A stretch of DNA of 60,000 nt from Mobula hypostoma (lineage: Eukaryota): the NCBI RefSeq assembly GCF_963921235.1, contig NC_086108.1, positions 95,730,001-95,790,000 of the forward strand, written 5' to 3'. The stretch's first letter is position 1. Each line of letters opens with the position of its first letter. The position numbers were made by a program, and so were the translations under genes. A model generated the notes under the pieces. The model saw nothing but the letters and a program-made list of their open reading frames with translations. It did no database searches and had not been told where the DNA came from. Positions 1 to 12,762 of the stretch are shown in pieces.

Positions 1-1321
1 CAGAATAGACTTGGTTTAATTCGGCATTGTGTTCAGCACAGGCATCAAGGGACAGAATGCCCATTCTTGTTCTGTTCTAACTACTTCATCGTTGCTGCCC
101 TCACACAGGGATATTGTGCAAGAATTTATACTTCTCAGCTTCTGAAGGAGCACGCATGTAGCTACGGGCCAAGTGTGCCCCTGCGATCTCAGGTTACAAG
201 GGCTGTTCTTCGAAGGTCACTAGGGTGTAGAGATTGAGGACTCCTATTTGTGCAAGACTAAAGAGCCAGGGAACTTTTAAAAACTTGAATTGCACTTACT
301 GTAGCTAACCTGCAATTAAAAGCAAAACAGCTCTAATTCCCTGGAGATGGTCTCACGCTAACCATCTAAATGCTGTCTGTTCAAATGCAAGGCCAAGTTT
401 GACTACTTCGATTACATTGACAGGAAACCATAATTACATCATTTCCAATCCTCCAGCAGAATACATTATGTTAATGGTAACTTTATATACAAAGCATTTT
501 AACACAAACTACATGTTATGATGCATTTAATACTGTTATTACTTGATTGCCTTTTTTAATAGCATAAATATCACGGCATTAGCACAGGCTGCCATAAAGC
601 CTCACCCACAACTCATAACTGCATAACATACTTTAAAACAAAGGACGACATTCACCATACCGCACAATTAAAGCTTGCTTCCATCCTACAGATACTGGCA
701 TCCTCAGAACAGTACATACTGCTGAATAATTGTTAAACAATCATCTGGATCCTTAGGGAGACTTCAACTTGCTTAGCGAGAGGAAATCGAGAAAACAAAT
801 ATAACCAAAACTCAAAGGACAAAGATTGACGCTACCATAGGATACAGACAGAGACACAGACACAGAGAGAATACGATGAGCACTACAGTGCACTTATGGC
901 TCTCCAGCCTTGCAAGGTGACAAAAATGAGCCAAATTGGTTCAGAAAATTGAACGGAACAGAAAAACTATAAAAAAGAGAAATCAAAGACCGAGCACAGA
1001 GAATGCCAACAATACTTCGCCACAGATCAGCCCCACATTATTCTTTGAATGCAACGACCAAGAAAATTCTTTTTGATCATCATGTTAAACCACATCCCAG
1101 CTAGATGCCCTGATAATACCACTGTCACTACCACTTGTGCAGAAAATCTGCTGAATTGAAGGTTACCCGTTTTTATGAACCAGCGTATATATAATACAAT
1201 TACACTTGCTCCTACAACAAAGATGACAGGACGGATTATTCACAGATGCAATTCTGCAGATGACTGAACTCCAACAGGAGTGGTTCACACCCCCCACCTC
1301 CACCCCATCGTTCGGACATCA

Positions 1322-1534
<213 letters not shown>

Positions 1535-2095
1535 TTACTCCCTCGGCTAATCAATGATGTCACTTGGTCTGCCTGGACAATTGTCTGGTGTACGGGTTTT
1601 TAAAAATAAAAGAGGCTCCGTCTGGTGCTCACAGAACAGCAAAGCAGAACTGAACGCGGACAACTGCAAGAGGGCAGAAATCACCATCTGTGATCCTTTT
1701 GCTTGCCACAGTGGTTAACCAATCATCAACGCCCTGCTATTTCCTGCTGGCACAAGGTCAAATTCTCTGAAGACACGTGAAGTGATCAATTCGTGCTGCA
1801 CATTTATCACTGGTGGAGAAAACAGCTGCACACAAGTCATTAAAGTTAGCTAATTAGATTTCCCTCTCTATAGATGGGAGGGAAGTTGGCTTTTTTTTAA
1901 AATGAAGAAATTATTAGAACTACATTAGTAAAAATGTCAAGTGCAGCAAGATCTACTGTTTCGAGACTGAATGTAGTGAAGAAGAATGAAAACTTGAAAA
2001 GAAACATAATTTTTTGTGAATTTTTAAAAAAGTTGTTCTCTAGAGGCAATTATTCAGAACACAGTGTTTCATTGACCAGATAATTGCACACTTAC

Positions 2096-2230
2096 CACCT
2101 CTTCATCCACTTGACTCTTCAGCAAGTCCACAGCCTGAAATAGCAAGCAAACTTCTGATACTGTGATATTCTGTTCAATGGCTGCAAAAGTTCTTCGGAC
2201 CAAGTACGGAGTCCTGCTCATTGTCTGCGC
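2096..2230 (-). CDS. BTBD8: BTBD8 exon (approx. 11)
   Basis: ttccAG|GCG CAG ... GAG GTG|GTAAG; 135 nt; AQTMSRTPYLVRRTFAAIEQNITVSEVCLLFQAVDLLKSQVDEEV vs human [31 protein letters not shown]. Confidence 0.92.
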
Positions 2231-3601
2231 CTGGAAAGTTCAGATAGTATTTTAGTGGGCACTTATGGAAAGTGAAGGCTTTAACTACCTGTACATAAAA
2301 ATATGATTTACTCTACAAAGGTGTGTGAAATAACAAAAGAGATGGAATTTTAGAGCACATATGCTGACTGTTTAGCACATAGAGCTGTGAAGTTCATGGA
2401 CAGCCACACTATTAAATTATGCTCCTTACAGTTTACGCTCCCTCACCAATAGTTCTTGAAACCAAGGCAACTAGTTTTGCAAACTGCATTTACATTTGCC
2501 ATGTTTCTGATAACACAGAATATGCAGAGAAACTAGGGAGCCCCTAAAGCTGATCAGCTACTGCACGTTTGCAAAGCATCTTCCACTTAACAGGTAAAAC
2601 TACATTCAGCATTTCTGCAATATAATATTTACACTCAGAAGCTGAAGGAATTCATGTCCAGATTAGAAACACTTTCCCAGTGTCACGCAGTCCTTGTTTT
2701 GTAATTAATCCAGAGCAGCACCTGTACAATTTATATTTAAACATGCAGGCTGCTGAGCTGTGGTAGCAAGATTGTAAACATGATACATTTTTTAACCAGT
2801 TTATCAAGACCAGTTTCTTCTAATGAAACTAAAAACTTTATCTTCTCATGAGCCAGAAATTATTTTGCATTCTTTTCTGATGTGCCTAGGTTACCCATCT
2901 CCGATAGAACCTCCTCCCAAGCCTTATTCTCAGTCCTCTGAATGCACTGCAGTGCACAGAAACAGCTCAAAATGTTTTCCACGTCTTTTGGCAACGAGTT
3001 TGCTTTCTGCATGCTATTTTCACTCAGTGCAGATTGACAACTCCTTGTATGAAGAACCTTGGGAATGAAAGCACATCTGTTTGCACTGTGCAGTAGATTT
3101 CAAGGTTTCAAACACCCTGCCACTGAACATTTGGATACAATTTGTAAGAATCAATTTTGACCATCAGTTTTCCCTTTCAATCTCATTTTCTCTTTTTTAA
3201 ATATAAAGGTGGCTTCTCTTGTCTCCTCCTTACCCAGCCCACAACCAAATGCCTGCACTTTGAGGTTGCCTGTTATTTTCATACATTTCTGCCAATTTTA
3301 AATATGTGATAAAGCGTAGCTGCTCTGGTAAGTTGAGCAGTTTGTCAGCGGGAGACCTGTATCCATCTGTTCGTTGCCAAAATATGTACATGTAAACATT
3401 CACACACAAAACCACAGTGAAGGATGAAAACCTTGTAAGCTGCCAGTAAGGTTTTTCATCTTGTGCAGATCAGCTATTTGGAAACTCTATGTTAAATGTC
3501 TTTTGCATTTTTTCCCCTAAATATCTTTCTTTCATATGCATCCATATGTGCCCAAACAGGCATCAATTTGCATCAGAGATGATGTTTCAGGCTGGGACCA
3601 G

Positions 3602-4487
3602 AAATTTGCTGATGACAAAGGTTGGGGGTGTTGTGGATAGTGTGGAGGGCTTTCAGAGGTTACAGCGGGACATTGATAGGATGCAAAACTGGGCAGAGAA
3701 GTGGCAGATGGAGTTCAACCCAGATTAGCGTGAGGTGGTTCATTTTGGTAGGTGAAATATGATGGCAGGATATAGTATTAATGGTAAGACTCTTGGCAGT
3801 GTGGAGGATCAGAAGGATTTTGGGGTCCGGGTCCATAGGATACTCAAAGCTGCTGCGCAGGTTGACTCGGTGGTTAAGAAGGCATACGGTACATTGGCCT
3901 TCATCAATCGCGGGATTGAGTTTAGGAGCCGAGAGGTAATGTTACAGCTATATAGGACCATGGTCAGACCCCATTTGGAGTACTGTGCTCAATTCTGATC
4001 ACCTCACTACAGGAAGGGTGTGGAAACCATAGAAAGGGTGCAGAGGAGATTTACAAGGATGTTGCCTGGATTGGGGAGTATGCCTTATGGGAATAGGTTG
4101 AGTGAACTCGGCCTTTTCTCCTTGGAGCGATGGAGGATGAGAGGTGACCTGATAGAGGTGTAGAAGAGGCATTGATTGTGTGGATAGTCAGAGGCTTTTT
4201 CCCAGGGCTGAAATGGCTAACACAAGAGGGCACAGTTTTAAGGTACTTGGAAGTAAGTACAGAGGAGATGTCAGGGGGTAAGTTTTTTTACGTAGAGAGT
4301 GGTGAGCACATGGAATGGTTGCCAGCGACGGAGGCGGATACGATAGGGTCTTTTAAGAGACTCCTGGATAGGTACATGGAGCTCAGAAAAATAAACGGCT
4401 ATGTGTAACCCTACATAACTTCTAAAGTACGTACATGCTCGGCACAGCATTGTGGGCCAAAGGGACTGTATGTTTTCTACATTTCTA
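3602..4487 (+). mobile_element. CR1 LINE, 5'-truncated 3' fragment (RT C-terminus + 3' UTR)
   Basis: KFADD motif, LQRDIDRMQNWAEKWQMEFN, LYRTMVRPHLEYC; stops/frameshifts; tttcta-type tail. Confidence 0.92.
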
Positions 4488-4807
4488 TCATGATCAGAAT
4501 AGATTAATAGGCCATTTCTCTGCTGTATGTCCAAATGCATTGGTGATTTGTCGAAGCACAAGGAATCCCACCTCTCCAGCATTTTAAGCAGATTCCACAT
4601 CATTCTCCCCTACTGATAAACAGTGCAGGTCTCCCTTCCTAGCAGGTTATAGCTTGCCCTGAAACCTTATTGTTTAAAAAAAAGACTCACTAGTGGCCAC
4701 ACAAAACTCATGATTAAGTGTCATATAGTTAATCCCCTCCCCCATTTACCCAGTTCCCAATGCACACATCTTAAAAGCATAAATGACTCTCACATACCCT
4801 AAAAACA

Positions 4808-5245
4808 TTCAAGATGGTTTGCTGTCATTTGTCAGTACACAGGTGTAAAGGAGAATGAAATGATTGCTCCTCCCGATTGGAAGCAGCATATAGAACACAA
4901 TAAGTACACAAGAATAGCTTGTATACATAGAACAGATTGTGTGTACGTAAAGTTGTGCTGGGTACAGCAGCACTGTGCCCTCTAAACCAAGCGGGTGCAC
5001 AGCTGCACAGAGACTGAAGCGCTCCCATGCACATAGCCTTTATCGCTATGCAGCTGGAATTTCCTTTTATATAATGTTTTATTAAAGTGCCGTGCAGTTT
5101 TCAGGCCGTGTAAAAATTTCCTGCTCGGGGACCGGACACCTGTTCAAAAAAAAAAAGTCAGACAGAATGTTGTATCTGTGCACTAAGTGACTCTGACAGG
5201 AAATGATAAATTAGTGGTGGAGGATGAGGAGGTATGGTGGGGTGC
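4808..5245 (-). mobile_element. Rex1/Babar-type LINE 3' UTR remnant, interrupted at approx. 4950-5150
   Basis: 4808-4945 and 5160-5245 match 45714-45980 (gtgtaaaggagaa; tgacaggaaatgataaa), which is attached to Rex-type coding sequence. Confidence 0.6.
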
Positions 5246-5819
5246 ATATATCAAAATTAAGCATCTTGCATATCAGCAATGAATTTGCTCTGGCTACAAG
5301 CAGGTAGTTAGCACAATGAGGTTGTTGGAAACTACTGAATCTAAACTCCAACAATCTTGAATCTATCCAAACCTAGGTTTCAACAACAAAAGAGTATCAC
5401 TTTTCATCCTGTACATTCTGAATATATGCTTTAGAGGGGTTTGATATGTAATTTATTCTGACGTCTAGGCTAATAAATCACCACGTTTTCTGGAAAATTC
5501 TCAAGAAAATTCCTCAAATTACATATCTGGCTGAGGGACAAGCAACATCTCCAGCAGAATCAATAACTTTAATATAACCTTGCTGTCGGGCCAAAGATAA
5601 TTTTCCCCCCAGGGACAGCCTCAGCATCCAGGAAACAAGAATTATTATCTCAAAATAACAGATTGAGAATTAATCCTACTGTAATGATTACACAATGTCA
5701 GAATGAAATATCAAGGCAATGACACCATTTCATTATGTGCTTTATTTCAACCATTTTATCTCCTTTTCCTGCTTGAAGGATGCCAACCATGCAATCTGTT
5801 CACAGGTTTCCAACACTTC

Positions 5820-5940
5820 TTAAGACCATAAGGCATTAAGATATAGGCCTACTCCGCCATTCAGTCGTGCTGATCCAGTCCTTCCAGCCATCCCCACTCC
5901 CCTGCTTTCACACTTCGATGCCCTGGCTAATCAAGAACAA
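5820..5940 (-). mobile_element. CR1 3' end fragment
   Basis: taagaccataag tail and cctggctaatcaagaac match reverse complement of CR1 3' ends elsewhere in window. Confidence 0.7.
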
Positions 5941-6134
5941 ACTTCTTCGTTAATCTGGTTCAGGGTGGGTAAACTCTCACCATTACTCTCCAGAGAACCG
6001 ACTTACAACATGTAGAACCCGGTGGCGGGAAGTGCAAACACTGGGAGTTTCAGTGGGCCGCTTCAACAAACAAATGTGCCCATGGTTTACACTGGAGACA
6101 AAGAGAACAATTTTTGGCATTAACTTTAGCTTTT

Positions 6135-6475
6135 CCCGTCTGAAGCAGGAGTTAGATTTAAGGCTCATTGGAGTCCGTAAATCTAGGTTGAGACTGCAGT
6201 CCAATACCAAGGGAATGTCAAATCTTCCAAAGTGCTGACTTTTGAGATATTAAGCTGAGGATCTACCGGCCTTCTCCAGAGAGCGCACGATGATTTGGCA
6301 CAATTAGAAAGACAGGGGAATCATGTTAAATGCCGATTATCTCTCTACAAATTTCACAACATATGTCAATGGTAATAAAACTGATTCTGATTCAACAGGA
6401 TTAAAGCAGATGATCTCATAAATTATTTTCTCACTATGTGTGGGGCTTTGCTGTGTACAGCACAAGTTGCTGCAA
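6135..6475 (+). mobile_element. Old DeuSINE (SacSINE1-like) copy
   Basis: colinear similarity to recalled Deu-domain consensus (aatctaggttgagact..., gagatattaagctgagg, tgtggggctttgctgtgt...gttgctgc); short insertion at approx. 6345-6392. Confidence 0.6.
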
Positions 6476-6564
6476 AAAAAAAAGAACAAGGCATTTTGCT
6501 TGCCTAAATCTTACCTTGACCACGTAACACTGCATGCATAAAAGACAAGATTTTTTCAGAATAC

Positions 6565-7470
6565 TGTAGAGTTAGAGAACACTACAACACAGAAACAGAC
6601 ACTTTGACTCATCTAGTCCATGAATATTACTCTGCCTAACCCCATTAACCTGCACTGGGACCATTGCCTCCATACCCGACCCCATTCATGTAACAATCCT
6701 AATCTCCATTAAATGTTGAAATCAAACCTGCATCCACCACTGCCGCTGCCAGCTCCTTCCACACATTCACCACCTTCTGAGTGAAGTTCCCCCTTAAACA
6801 TTTCACTTTTAATTCATGACCCCTGGTTGCAGTTTCACCCAACCTCAGTGGAAAAAGCCTGCTTGCATTTACCCCGTCTATCATCATCAACATTATGTGC
6901 CATGTTGTGTGATATGAGTGATCACAGTCTTTTACATGGTTGTTCTTGGCAGAAGTGGTTTGCTATTGCCTTCTTCTGGGCAGTGCCTGTACACGACGAG
7001 CGACCCCAGCCATTATCAACACTCTTCAGAGGTTGTCCACATAGCCAAGACTTGTGATGTGCACCGGGTGCTCATACGACCATCCACCACCTGCTCCCAT
7101 GGTTTCACGTGACCCTGATTGGAGGGCTGAGCAGGTGCTGCTACACCTTATCCAAGGGTAATCTGCAGGTTAGAGATGGGAAGGTGCACATCACACGTCC
7201 TTTGACAGAGACGCATCTCCACCCCGCCTCTCTTATACCCCTCTATACCCCTCATAATTTTGTATGCCTCTATCAAATCTCCTTCACTCTCCTACGCTCC
7301 AGGGAATAAAAGACCTAACCTATTCAGCCTTTCTCTAACTCAGGGCTTCAAGTCCTGGCAAAGTTCTTGTAAATTTTCTCAGCACTCTTTCAATCTGATT
7401 GATATTTTTCCTGGAGGTAGGTGACCAGAACTATACACACTACTCCAAATTAGGCCTCACCAATACCTCG
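6565..7470 (-). mobile_element. CR1 3' fragment split by a SINE insertion
   Basis: RLFPLRLGETATRGHELKV...FTQKVVNVW (6699-6880); continues at 7236-7470 (LVRPNLEYV-like motif on minus strand). Confidence 0.85.
6882..7235 (-). mobile_element. SINE-like element with RTE/Bov-B-type 3' end
   Basis: contains reverse complement of GAAGGCAATAGCAAACCACT; (GAT)n tail; imperfect TSD taccccgtctat 6870-6881 / tacccctctat 7236-7246; second copy at 25045-25400. Confidence 0.75.
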
Positions 7471-7539
7471 TATGAATTCAACTATTGTGACAATCCAATG
7501 GAAATTTGCTGCACGTGACGGGGAGAAAATGCAGCTTAC

Positions 7540-7722
7540 CTTCAGCAGGAGGAGGAAGCTTTCATTTTTGACCACCTCAAGAAAATTCAGCACAATCAGC
7601 TTGATGCATTCATCTTGTAGTTCTTTTGTCAAGGCAATGGTTTGCTCTGACCACTTCACTTCTGGAAGGTTCCACAGTAGACGGTCACTTTCCAGCAACA
7701 CTGAAACCACACTCCCCACGTT
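7540..7722 (-). CDS. BTBD8: BTBD8 exon (approx. 10)
   Basis: ctgcAG|AAC GTG ... CTG AAG|GTAAG; 183 nt; NVGSVVSVLLESDRLLWNLPEVKWSEQTIALTKELQDECIKLIVLNFLEVVKNESFLLLLK vs human LLMESDRLIISLPRVKWTE. Confidence 0.95.
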
Positions 7723-7955
7723 CTGCAGTGTTGAAGAAAAGGCACCAATCGCACATTGAGCTCCTAATCAAAGCGGGCCAAAAATCTTAAAGGAACAAAC
7801 TGCGGTTTTTAACACGGTACCTTTTGTTTGAAGGATCGCTGGCCTTCAAATTAAGGATTTTGAAAACAGAACAGAGAAATCAGCGAGAACAGATCAAACA
7901 ACATCTGAGCTTTATTTGGGAATTCAGTACACTTTTCTATGCACAATATGTTATT

Positions 7956-8170
7956 GGGCAGCATGGAAGTGTAGCGGTTAGCATAATGCTGTTACAGCGC
8001 CAGCAGAGTTTGTATGTTTTCCTCGTGACTGGGTGGCTTTCTTCCGGGTGTTCTGGTTTCCTCCCACATTCCGAAGATGTACAGGTTAGTGGGTTGATTG
8101 GTCACATGGGTACAACTGGGCAGTGTGGGGTCTCTGGGCCAGAAGGGATGTATCAGTGAATAAAAAAAAT
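7956..8170 (+). mobile_element. tRNA-derived V-SINE (HE1-like)
   Basis: A-box-like head gtgtagcggttagc; V-domain ttcttccgggtgttctggtttcctcccacattcc. Confidence 0.8.
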
Positions 8171-8409
8171 AGGATAAACAAGACAAGGGAGGGATTATTG
8201 ATTGAAGGTAATATTACAGCTCAATAAAGGGATAGAGAGAAAAAAATGTCTCAAAAAGTGAGGGGGAAGGAGAATGCTCATCTCTCACAATATAGGAGGT
8301 CAGTCAGCCCATCAGGTCCATCCCCGATTCAGAACAATCCCCATCTGTCTCATTCCTCCACTTACTTCCCTGAAAACCTCTCCTCTCTCGGACAGCCCAG
8401 TTAGTTGTT

Positions 8410-8658
8410 CATTGGGATACAGTGAAGAATAGGGCCACGCCACCCAGCAATCCCCTGATTTAATCCTAGCCTAATCACAGGACAATTTACAATTTACCTG
8501 CCAACGTCTTTGAACTGTGGGAGGAAACTAGAGCACCTGGGAGGAAACCCAGGCAGTCATGGGGAGAACGGACAAACTCCACACAGGCAGCAGTGCAAAT
8601 GGAACCTGGGTCGCCCATACTGTAAAGCATTGTGCTAACCACTACACTACTGTGCCCT
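8410..8658 (-). mobile_element. tRNA-derived V-SINE (HE1-like)
   Basis: tgtgggaggaaactagagcacctgggaggaaacc; head ...tgtgctaaccactacactactgtgcc. Confidence 0.8.
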
Positions 8659-9608
8659 CCATAATCCTATGATACTAGGAACGCCATAGCAGCTAGTAAT
8701 CAGCTGGTCTTTGGGATGTGGGCGGATGCCCGGAGAATGTTCGAACTCCTCACCGACAGCACCAAATTGAACCCAGGTCTCTGCAGCAGTGAAGCTCTCA
8801 TTTGAATTGGAGGGTGGAGGGGACAGGGGGAATCACATGAAGGGTCAGGAAGGCAAGAACTCCTAAATTGTAATAATATGATTCTCCCCAAGTTCCTGCT
8901 ATTCTCTGACCTTTGCCAGTTATAATGAGAGGTTATCAACCTAAAGTGTTATCTCTCACTCCCTCTGCATCTCTAATACTGAGCATTTCAAATATATAAA
9001 TACATACATATAATTTTTTTTTAAATCTCAGAGTTCCAAAATCTTAAATATCGTCAGTTTGAGGTTGTTACTTCAACAAGTGCCCAGTCCTTTTGTACAA
9101 AAATAAACAGAGCTCCCAATGGAAATTCCAATTAAAAAAACAATCCAATTTTCAGCAAAAAGAGTTTTAGTTACACCAATGAAATCATTACTTAAAATGC
9201 AGGACACAGATACAGATTTAGTTTAAGGGGAAAGATATTGAGAGGCAGTCTGACCTTTCCCACCTAGAAGTGGTATATGAAATACCTTGCCTGAGAATGG
9301 AGGCAGATCCATTGAATGGATTTAAGAATTCTAGACTTGAATCATCTGGGTGTGTGTGTCAGGCACAGGAAAGTGGGATAAGTACGTATATTTCAATGGT
9401 CGGCATGAATGAAGTGGGTCGAATGGCCTGTTTCCAGATGATGATAATCAATACCAGTCACTTATAGTTGAGAGAGTTTCAGGTTACCAGATAAATTTCT
9501 CTTTCAAACACCTGCATTCTGGATTGGAATGATGAGTTCATTATAAACACCTTTTAAAATTACACTGCCACAGAAGGTAAGAAGATACTGATGACAGACG
9601 TGACTTAC

Positions 9609-9711
9609 TAATGAATGGACTACTGAGTCATAGCAAGCTCTATGTAATTCCGCTGGAAGACAAGAAAATGCCTTCCCAGACCAACATTTCACAAAATATT
9701 TGGTAATCCAT
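9609..9711 (-). CDS. BTBD8: BTBD8 exon (approx. 9)
   Basis: ttttgcAG|A TGG ATT ... TCA TTA|GTAAGT; 103 nt; WITKYFVKCWSGKAFSCLPAELHRACYDSVVHSL. Confidence 0.95.
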
Positions 9712-9809
9712 CTGCAAAAAAAAAAAGAAAATAGTTTTGGAACAGATTCATTTTTAAAAAGGTTCCATCAGGCACCTGCAGCTTCACACCACAATATAAA
9801 TCATCTTAC

Positions 9810-9898
9810 CTCATGCAAGAGTTGTAAAGTGCATCAATTCCAACAGAGTGAGATATTTGCAGACATTCCACAATTGACTGCTGCACGCCAACAACAGG
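9810..9898 (-). CDS. BTBD8: BTBD8 exon (approx. 8)
   Basis: tttacAG|CCT GTT ... ATG AG|GTAAG; 89 nt; PVVGVQQSIVECLQISHSVGIDALYNSCMR vs human [30 protein letters not shown]. Confidence 0.95.
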
Positions 9899-10654
9899 CT
9901 GTAAATTAATTAAAATTACATCAAATGAGGAAAGGGACAGTGGTTTATGCATGCACTTCATATTATCTCTAATTACTGCATTTACATTTCAGCAAATTCT
10001 AAACAAAGAGACAATACAATTCAGAAATATTTTTAAGTGGCTCTTTTACTTCTGCTGTAAACACTAGGTTCAATTTCTTTTGGCAAAAATATCATCTCAG
10101 GACTCAAACTCATGCTGTTCTATCCTCAGCAATACAAGCAGACACATTTCATGAAAACACTTCACACAGCTGCTGCTAAAAAGAAATCTCAATGGTGACA
10201 GTCGGGAAGCAGGAACCGTTTAAAACCCATAAACAGTAAATCTCAAGGACAGTGTGTAAACAGAACTGGAGTTCTTCAAAAATATGGAACATATAATAGT
10301 ACAGCACAGTAATATGCCCTTCAGCCTATCACATTTTCATGACCATGGTGCCAATCTACACCTTTCTCATTAGCCTCCATGAGGTCACTATCCCTCTGTT
10401 CCCTGCTAATTCAGATGATAGTCTAAATGCCTCTTGAACACTGTTATTGTATCTGCTTCTTCCACCTCCCCTGTCAGCCTGTTCCCGACGCCCACCAAAC
10501 TGGGGGAAAAAAATAGCCCTGCAAATCTCAGCCAACATGGATAACTTCATTCTCCTCAGCACTGAACAGAATCCACACAGTCCCTTTCAAGGACTCTACA
10601 ACTTATATCCTCAGGATTATTTATTTATTATTATTGTTGTTAGTTTTTAAAAAA

Positions 10655-10880
10655 ATTGAGATAGAGCAGGGAGTAGGCCCCTCTGGTTCTCAGAGCTGTG
10701 CTACCCAGCAATGTCCCAAAATAATCCGAGCCTAATCACGGGATAATTCACAATGACCAATTAACCTACCAATTGATACGTCTTTAGACTGTGGGAGGAA
10801 CTGGAACACCTGGAGCAAACCCTTGTGGTCACGGGGAGAACTCCTTACAGACAGCAGCATGAAGTGAATCTGGGTCCCCC
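10655..10880 (-). mobile_element. V-SINE (HE1-like)
   Basis: tgtgggaggaactggaacacctggagcaaacc; caatgaccaattaaccta. Confidence 0.75.
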
Positions 10881-10939
10881 ACAGAAAACATTCTAACACA
10901 ACTCTCCCAGCAACCTGGTCTCATCTCTCAACAGCCAGC

Positions 10940-11130
10940 TTGTGGTCCTTCTCCTCCTCCACCCCCACCTTCTCATTCGGGCTTCTACTGACTTTCCTCT
11001 CCAGTCCTGACGAAGGGGCTCAGCCCCAAACATCAACTATTCATTTCCCTCCACAGATGCCTTCTGACCTGCTGAGTTCCTCCAGCACTTTGTGTGCGTG
11101 CTGCTCTGGATTTACAGCATCTGCAGGATC
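10940..11130 (+). mobile_element. Penelope-like element 3'/pLTR fragment with decayed hammerhead (11002-11039)
   Basis: CAGTC CTGACGA A GGGGCTCAGCCC CAAAC ATC AACTA followed by gacctgctgagttcctccagca. Confidence 0.75.
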
Positions 11131-12762
11131 CCTTTTGACCAAACTAAGTGTCTACTCATCAGCATCGGGAACAATCTCTGGAGTACTGGGACAATCAGCA
11201 ATTTGTTTGAGGAAAAGAATGTTCCTTCAAATATCATAATAATGTTTCCTGTTTCTTTTCAAATGGTTTACTGCAAGAATCCAGCAAGTTCTTGAAATAC
11301 ACTCAAAAATGTTTGCTGTTACATCTTGCCTGTGGTAAAATTCCTCAAAGGAGAACACTTGGAAAAATCATCTTTGAAGCATTTTCAGCATCATTACCCA
11401 ATTTCTTTGAAATCCTAACATGAAAATCATCTGCTTTTAATGGACGGTCATTATTTTCTTCATTGCTTTTTTTTTTATTATTTGGGCCAATTTTGTAAAT
11501 TCCAGATTAGGTATTGCTTTCCTTGGGATGTCAGAAATTTTAGCCTCTTCCTCTACTATAAATTCTGATGATAATATTTACATATTTAATGACTACTTTC
11601 TTATTTTCATTTACAATAACACCTTTATTCATTTTTACAGGGCAATTATAGTTTCTGACAATCTGGTTATTCAGAGTCATAGAACACTACAACGCTGAAA
11701 CAAATCCTAAGGCTCAATTAGCCCATGCCAAACTATTATTCTGTCTAGTCCCATCAAACTGGTCCCAGACCATAGCTCTCCATACCCCTCCCATCCATAT
11801 ACCTATCCAAATTTTTCCTAAAATTTTTACCATATTCTTCCTCATTTTATCATGAAAGGTGCCAATTTTGATCCCTCGTCCTGTTTAATATTTTTTCACT
11901 TCCTGCTCAGTCTGTTTAGGGTTCTTCTTTGAAACCCTGACTCTTAGGCCACTCCGTTTCTCAGACTGGTACCTAATTTTTTTGGATGCATTTTCTTTTA
12001 GCATCATACTGTCCTGCGTGTATTTTTATTCTGGTTAACAGGAACTTTCAACAGGCATGTATGGCATTACATTCCCCTCTGCTCTATTCATGAATGCTAC
12101 CACATTGTTCCGTTTCTTGCACTCTTTATTTTTGTGATTTATAGGATTTTTATGAATTTGCACAGTACCGCTGCTGCAAAACAACAAATGCCATGTCATA
12201 CGAGTTGGTGATAACAAATCTGACTCTAATTCAGAGGTGTGCGAAGTTTACTCTGTCTCATCACTCAGAGGACAGTCTGGACGCTTAACAGCTGGTTCAC
12301 AGATTTGGATTGTGACCGTCATGAAGGAAATGTTCACACATTGTTAAGGTAATTAAATCTGGCTGATCCCTTGTTGGTTGTAGTACATTTTGTTGCAGAG
12401 AGTTATCTGGAGCATTCTATAGGAACCGACTTCTGTCCAGATGAGCTGATCTGCGTGAACTAATCTACCCGAATAGCAAAAATCTAATTGAAAACATCCC
12501 AATTTTGCTACAAATTTATCTAACTTCTGCTTTTCTATGTCCTGTCACCTCACCTGCAAATGGAGGGCCCATGCATAATTCCAAAACATTCAATTACTTT
12601 TTTTTTAAATCCCTTAACTCTACCCAAGAATTCTCCACTGTATGCTTAGAAAGAACATAGAGCAGCCTGTGCTGGTCATGATAGCACCTGCTTGCAGATG
12701 GTCTATATCTTCCCATTCCCTGCCTGTTCCTGTGCCTATCTAAAATGCCTCTTAAATACTTT

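Noticed and set aside
3230..3415. 61-aa minus-strand ORF ending at a good GTAAGG donor, possible extra BTBD8 exon
   Set aside because: Both nearby AG acceptors give stops in the phase required by the flanking exons; no similarity to BTBD8
4965..5145. Possible hAT-type MITE remnant (cactgtgccctctaa start)
   Set aside because: Only one putative terminal repeat seen and no TSD; cannot support a call
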